Source: an uncultured Pseudomonadota bacterium | GTDB lineage: Bacteria > Pseudomonadota > Alphaproteobacteria > CACZRW01 | Direction of reading: 5' to 3' | DNA length: 38,144 nt | Assembly: GCA_902783675.1 (NCBI GenBank) | Contig: CACZRW010000002.1 | Coordinates: 1-38,144 of the forward strand | Shown: positions 35,601 through 38,144 of the stretch, piece after piece | Layout: each line of letters starts with the position of its first letter | Numbering within the stretch: the stretch's first letter is position 1 | Notes under the pieces: model-generated | What the model saw: only the letters and a program-made list of their open reading frames with translations | Told to the model about the DNA's origin: nothing | Database searches by the model: none | Position numbers and translations under genes: made by a program

Positions 35601-36450
35601 TGATAATGACTTTGACCCCTCCAATCCCGGTGCGGATCCTGTGGACACCTTTGCGGCGGTCAGAAACATCTACCACTTGCAAAAGAATGAGGATATAGCC
35701 GATGACGCTTTGCTTGAATCTCTTATCGAGGAATTCAAGCGGCAAGCGAACATCAACGAATCCGTAGCTCACTACTTAAAGCTCAAGAATCATTGCAAAG
35801 GCAAGCCCGTGATTGATAAAGAGCTCAAAGAAGAAGTCGATAACTTCAACTACGCCGCGTCTTACGCACTCGCCGAGCTTCGCAAGAGCCCCGACGAGAT
35901 TGTGAAGATTCTTGATAAGAACAGCGCGAAAAAGGATTTGCAAGACAAAGTCGCGACCGGCACCGAGCTTAATTTGCAGGACATTGTCGACATCGCCAAA
36001 GCCGTCGCCAAAGAATGGAACGGCACCGTGGTTACACCGCAGCGTGCGATGGAGCTTGAGCAGCAAAGAAACTATGAGGAAGTCGAGCGCGCCTATAAGC
36101 AAATCAGCAAGAAAGGTGCGACCATTACCGACAACAACATGCGCAAAATCGCCGGCTATGTCTATATGGAAGCTTCAAACGAGATACTCGGCACAAAGCC
36201 CGTGGATTACCAAGGCTTAAAGGAGCAAATCGATTTTTTGGCCGTTTCCAAAATTGCCGAACTCGGTAAAAAGATAGGCAATGCCTCAATGCAAGCGGCG
36301 AAAAGCTTTGATGATTTGGATTCAACCGCCCTTGACAATAAAGCATATGCCTACTGCCTTGGAGCTCTCGGACTCGAGAAGATGGAAGCGTTAAAGGCCG
36401 TGCAGAAGGACTTCAAGCGCTACATCAAGGAAGGTAAAACGCGTAGTTAA
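32674..36450 (+). CDS. Large orphan protein, 1258 aa, acidic and predicted helical, with no signal peptide or TM segment and a basic C-terminal tip
   Basis: Uninterrupted ORF with AGGAG 8 nt upstream of the ATG. Antisense ORFs are all short. I recognise no catalytic or family motif. The protein ends ..KDFKRYIKEGKTRS. Confidence 0.8.
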   Translation: MSNPSFEASVFASDGVFSYVDMERVFFGRGMRSALPSVPMDQIKQMFNQIGFTSRQKEAIFNLAQKDVNNALKDSTYFSNFLNPMNGNRPADGKRGDGKRRSYEGKNEIALKLLGHLAETIGLCDSTISESSRFATKDDNMDGLIKIAAGGQVVISDNPAEWYVSPLDMSLMLLDAIKKDPVARKKIFNRYAEETKLEIDFSTFGKDKEKVEEEFENALVDLLKTGINTNFPRAAFRANQHVIAYSTTVEEFKKYVASYEEKYANLKTSYENLKVDPLNYVAFFRELDRVSSEGMQFGGIDVDGKKISGVPAGERTFDILTDILESPAFASEKYAPVRADALLRIVDFTYARDPALREDAMKWLTDGDKATKLANEINAQIRIFNEGKEEKDRVSEIDPYKQFGFRKESKGSDRIVFDPNAKILKIRALLVDLPPTRATVAIWKKAEETYKNADEDLMDKLERYTYDYVVRSGAVARSKTQSFNLLNDSVVEQLKNLSEKYDPQKPGTWDSLDVQIAAKIAELEEMSKSAPDPTAPDEVSFRAFVEEVKQFMADAKPSPKETNGAITLRNVDNLLGGLIDDRLGVISGGHYDFKLKFFEKDFAEIKRQQEKGDFAVIEHSRPASTAITELMKMDSAEATSVVIEAAEKFWKELENSPEENHARIELKESPFKGLTYAKITKIERKNDVADDMNKTPYSYAVIHFEANKQKHQIVTTGGHTYISRNENGELPPFTVWKDLAGIYKNLGANRINVECDDLATYFSVASAFASLGIECVNDQVKLSPAQEEQIRKILDAAIRRDVATGAKTKERLSTRRAKSAVDLSQEKVDELKETMDMALCAEALKENSERLDAASLETQTRVTELSEKSTVELAKDWVEVRDAGLTKSLNIAAESEIAEHFAEEKPGASDILALARLQLQKEGGESYDIKDLGKAISETPVDKAEYIAEKKDKVVEFVDAIRPDHPDTAKAIEDVLDNDFDPSNPGADPVDTFAAVRNIYHLQKNEDIADDALLESLIEEFKRQANINESVAHYLKLKNHCKGKPVIDKELKEEVDNFNYAASYALAELRKSPDEIVKILDKNSAKKDLQDKVATGTELNLQDIVDIAKAVAKEWNGTVVTPQRAMELEQQRNYEEVERAYKQISKKGATITDNNMRKIAGYVYMEASNEILGTKPVDYQGLKEQIDFLAVSKIAELGKKIGNASMQAAKSFDDLDSTALDNKAYAYCLGALGLEKMEALKAVQKDFKRYIKEGKTRS

Positions 36451-36474
36451 AGCCGAATCGGTGCCCAAGAGTAT

Positions 36475-36526
36475 AGCGGGGATATCGGGAAAACATTGCT
36501 TTTCTGCGGATTTTCCCCGCTTTATG
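36475..36526 (+). terminator. Probable terminator after the 1258-aa ORF (long hairpin with nested stem)
   Basis: Outer 8-bp stem AGCGGGGA (36475-36482) / TCCCCGCT (36514-36521), an inner GAAAA/TTTTC pairing, and a following TTAT. Confidence 0.45.
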
Positions 36527-36557
36527 CTAAAAAATGAAAAAAGAATTAAAAAAAAGC

Positions 36558-36584
36558 TTTTTTTTGGCAACATTTTATGCTATA
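36558..36584 (+). promoter_or_regulatory. Conserved 27-nt promoter-like motif, copy 2 (upstream of the partial orphan ORF)
   Basis: It is identical to 32611-32637. Its TGCTATATT extended -10-like sequence ends about 70 nt before the ATG at 36656. Confidence 0.55.
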
Positions 36585-36655
36585 TTCTTTAGCGACTTAG
36601 TTTGGAACACTCGTTTCGAGCGATTAACTTAATATAATAAAAGGGGAAAATTAGA

Positions 36656-38144
36656 ATGACCGAAGTTGATACAAGCGTAAACACAAGCGAGGATATCTTT
36701 GCCAGAAAGGATATAAAAAAGGAGCCTGTTGAGGCTCTTGAAAAAGTGGCAAAGCCGAAAACCGCACCTGATTTTAAATCATTTTCTAGTGCAGAGGCAG
36801 GTACTTTTGAGGCGCTCGCCAAAGAAGGCGACAGCGATTTGGCAGAGGGTTTGAAAGTTAACTCCGGAATCGGCGAAATCAGCGGTAGCCTTGAGGACGA
36901 AAAAGAACAAGAAAAAGAAATTATGTTCCAAAGTCCTTTTGCCGAAATGTCGGACGAGGAGCTTGCCGAGGCACTTAGAAAAGCGAACAAGAACACTTAT
37001 TGGGAGTTTGGCCTTTTCACCGAACAAAAGCGCCGCGCCGGTAAGGTTGAATCTTATATTTATGAAAAGGACGGCGACAGGCTTCCCGTTCTTCCCACCT
37101 ATACCAATAAGAAGGCAAGGGAAATCTGCGGCGAACCGGTAGCGGTAAGCTTTGGCGATTTGCCCAGAAGCAAAAATGTGAACTCCATCGGTAACCCGAA
37201 CTCGATTCGTTTTTCCACGCATTTGGAAATTCACTTTGACATTACCGAAGGCGCCGGCACCAAAGAAGGCAAGTCTGCCGCTTATATGAAAGCGCAAAGC
37301 TTCCTTGCCGCCGCATACAGGGGTGACACTTTGGGCGGTAAGCCGGTCAGAACTTTCAGACTCACCAACATGAGCGAGGAAGAATTGAAGGCTTGGGGCG
37401 AAGTTCGCGCCGCTTTTGAAGGTCAAGGCAAGAAGATTGAATTCATTCTTACCGACGAACAACAAAAGGTTTTCGATCGCTATGCTGCTCAGTTTGACGA
37501 GATTACAAAGCTTAACCGCGCACTTGTCAGTGATAGAAATTTTGACCTCAGCAAACCGGAATCCTTGGAAAACCTTGAAGGTTTACCCAAGCAAGGCAAA
37601 GATTTCTATGCTCGTGGTGAAGGGCTTGAGTCGCTTGAAGAACCTGAGCCCATGCCCAAAATGGACTATACTCCTGCCAACTCAAAAGAAGCGGTAGAAG
37701 AGGTAGCTCCCGAGGTAGCCTCCGAAACGGTTGCCGAGAAAGCTCCCGAAGTGGTTGAGGCGGAAGTTATTGAAGCTAAAGAGATTGAAGAACCTTCAAC
37801 GGAGCTTGCCGAGGAAGGAACCAATGGCATTGATAAAACCGTTGACGACAAGGCTTTTGAGGAAGTTTTGGATGGGTTCAGAAATGGCGAATGGTTTGAG
37901 ACCAATTCTTTTGAAACTATATCAAAAATGTCTGAGTGGATGAACAGTGATAAAGACTCCGCTAATGAAGTTGCCGAGATGGAAAATGCCACCGCTACTA
38001 ATGGCGACGCGATTCCCGTCGGTCCTGTAACGGAAGAGCCCGTAGCAGAAGAAAACAAGGAGTTCGTCAATCTGCCTGATCATAGTAAGTTCTTCGAAAG
38101 GATGGACAAGAAGGCATTGGTTGCTGTGAAGGGTACTCAGCCCG
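36656..38144 (+). CDS. Orphan acidic protein, 5' partial view (at least 496 aa, ORF continues past the window end); not present in the supplied ORF track
   Basis: I translated frame 2 from the ATG at 36656 manually (MTEVDTSVNTSEDIFARKDIKKEPVEALEK...KALVAVKGTQP) and found no stop through 38144. An in-frame TAA lies at 36638-36640 and AAAGGGGA lies upstream. The minus-strand track ORFs here (36589-36996, 36779-37465, 37666-38070) are shadows. Confidence 0.8.
   Translation, partial: MTEVDTSVNTSEDIFARKDIKKEPVEALEKVAKPKTAPDFKSFSSAEAGTFEALAKEGDSDLAEGLKVNSGIGEISGSLEDEKEQEKEIMFQSPFAEMSDEELAEALRKANKNTYWEFGLFTEQKRRAGKVESYIYEKDGDRLPVLPTYTNKKAREICGEPVAVSFGDLPRSKNVNSIGNPNSIRFSTHLEIHFDITEGAGTKEGKSAAYMKAQSFLAAAYRGDTLGGKPVRTFRLTNMSEEELKAWGEVRAAFEGQGKKIEFILTDEQQKVFDRYAAQFDEITKLNRALVSDRNFDLSKPESLENLEGLPKQGKDFYARGEGLESLEEPEPMPKMDYTPANSKEAVEEVAPEVASETVAEKAPEVVEAEVIEAKEIEEPSTELAEEGTNGIDKTVDDKAFEEVLDGFRNGEWFETNSFETISKMSEWMNSDKDSANEVAEMENATATNGDAIPVGPVTEEPVAEENKEFVNLPDHSKFFERMDKKALVAVKGTQP

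Overview
This 38.1-kb chromosomal window is mostly conserved housekeeping genes. I call 32 protein-coding genes: gap-pgk, a Mic60-like/HemY-like pair divergent from tsaD-gpsA, gyrB-recF-dnaN, lolA-ftsK, skp, prs-rplY-pth-ychF, two tandem porins, dsbA-lgt-pgeF, a ferredoxin and others. The alphaMic60/HemY module, the porins ending in Phe and the overall synteny point to an alphaproteobacterium, possibly host-associated; I cannot name the taxon. I found no rRNA, tRNA, CRISPR array, transposase, integrase or phage gene. Many ORF-track starts are over-extended or use GTG/TTG, so I re-set them where a Shine-Dalgarno sequence and homology logic allowed. Five things look unusual. (1) A family of about 120-220-bp palindromic elements has three copies, all at gene 3' ends. 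Each has five in-phase AGGAATK-type heptads, a near-identical 40-bp core with a hairpin, and a variable array (4.5, 6.5 or 12.5 units) of the complementary heptad CATTYCT. (2) A second family of G-poor short-period repeats (CCTTAA(C/A) 6-7-mers and CTTATNNN 8-mers) occupies other intergenic regions and includes an identical 32-mer at two loci 7.7 kb apart. (3) The 3' end of the window (32.4-38.1 kb) is an accessory-looking block. It holds a 1258-aa acidic orphan protein and a second orphan ORF of at least 496 aa that is absent from the supplied ORF track because it runs off the window. Both are preceded by an identical 27-nt promoter-like motif. (4) An orphan OmpR-type response regulator has a degenerate receiver domain. 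(5) Smaller oddities are a stand-alone CoaB appended to the pth-ychF operon, a GGT-fold lipoprotein with an apparently missing nucleophile, head-to-head overlapping start codons, and duplicated porins whose conserved 5'-UTR hairpin shows a strand-specific wobble change. All functional readings of the repeats and orphans are inference; nothing was searched against a database.
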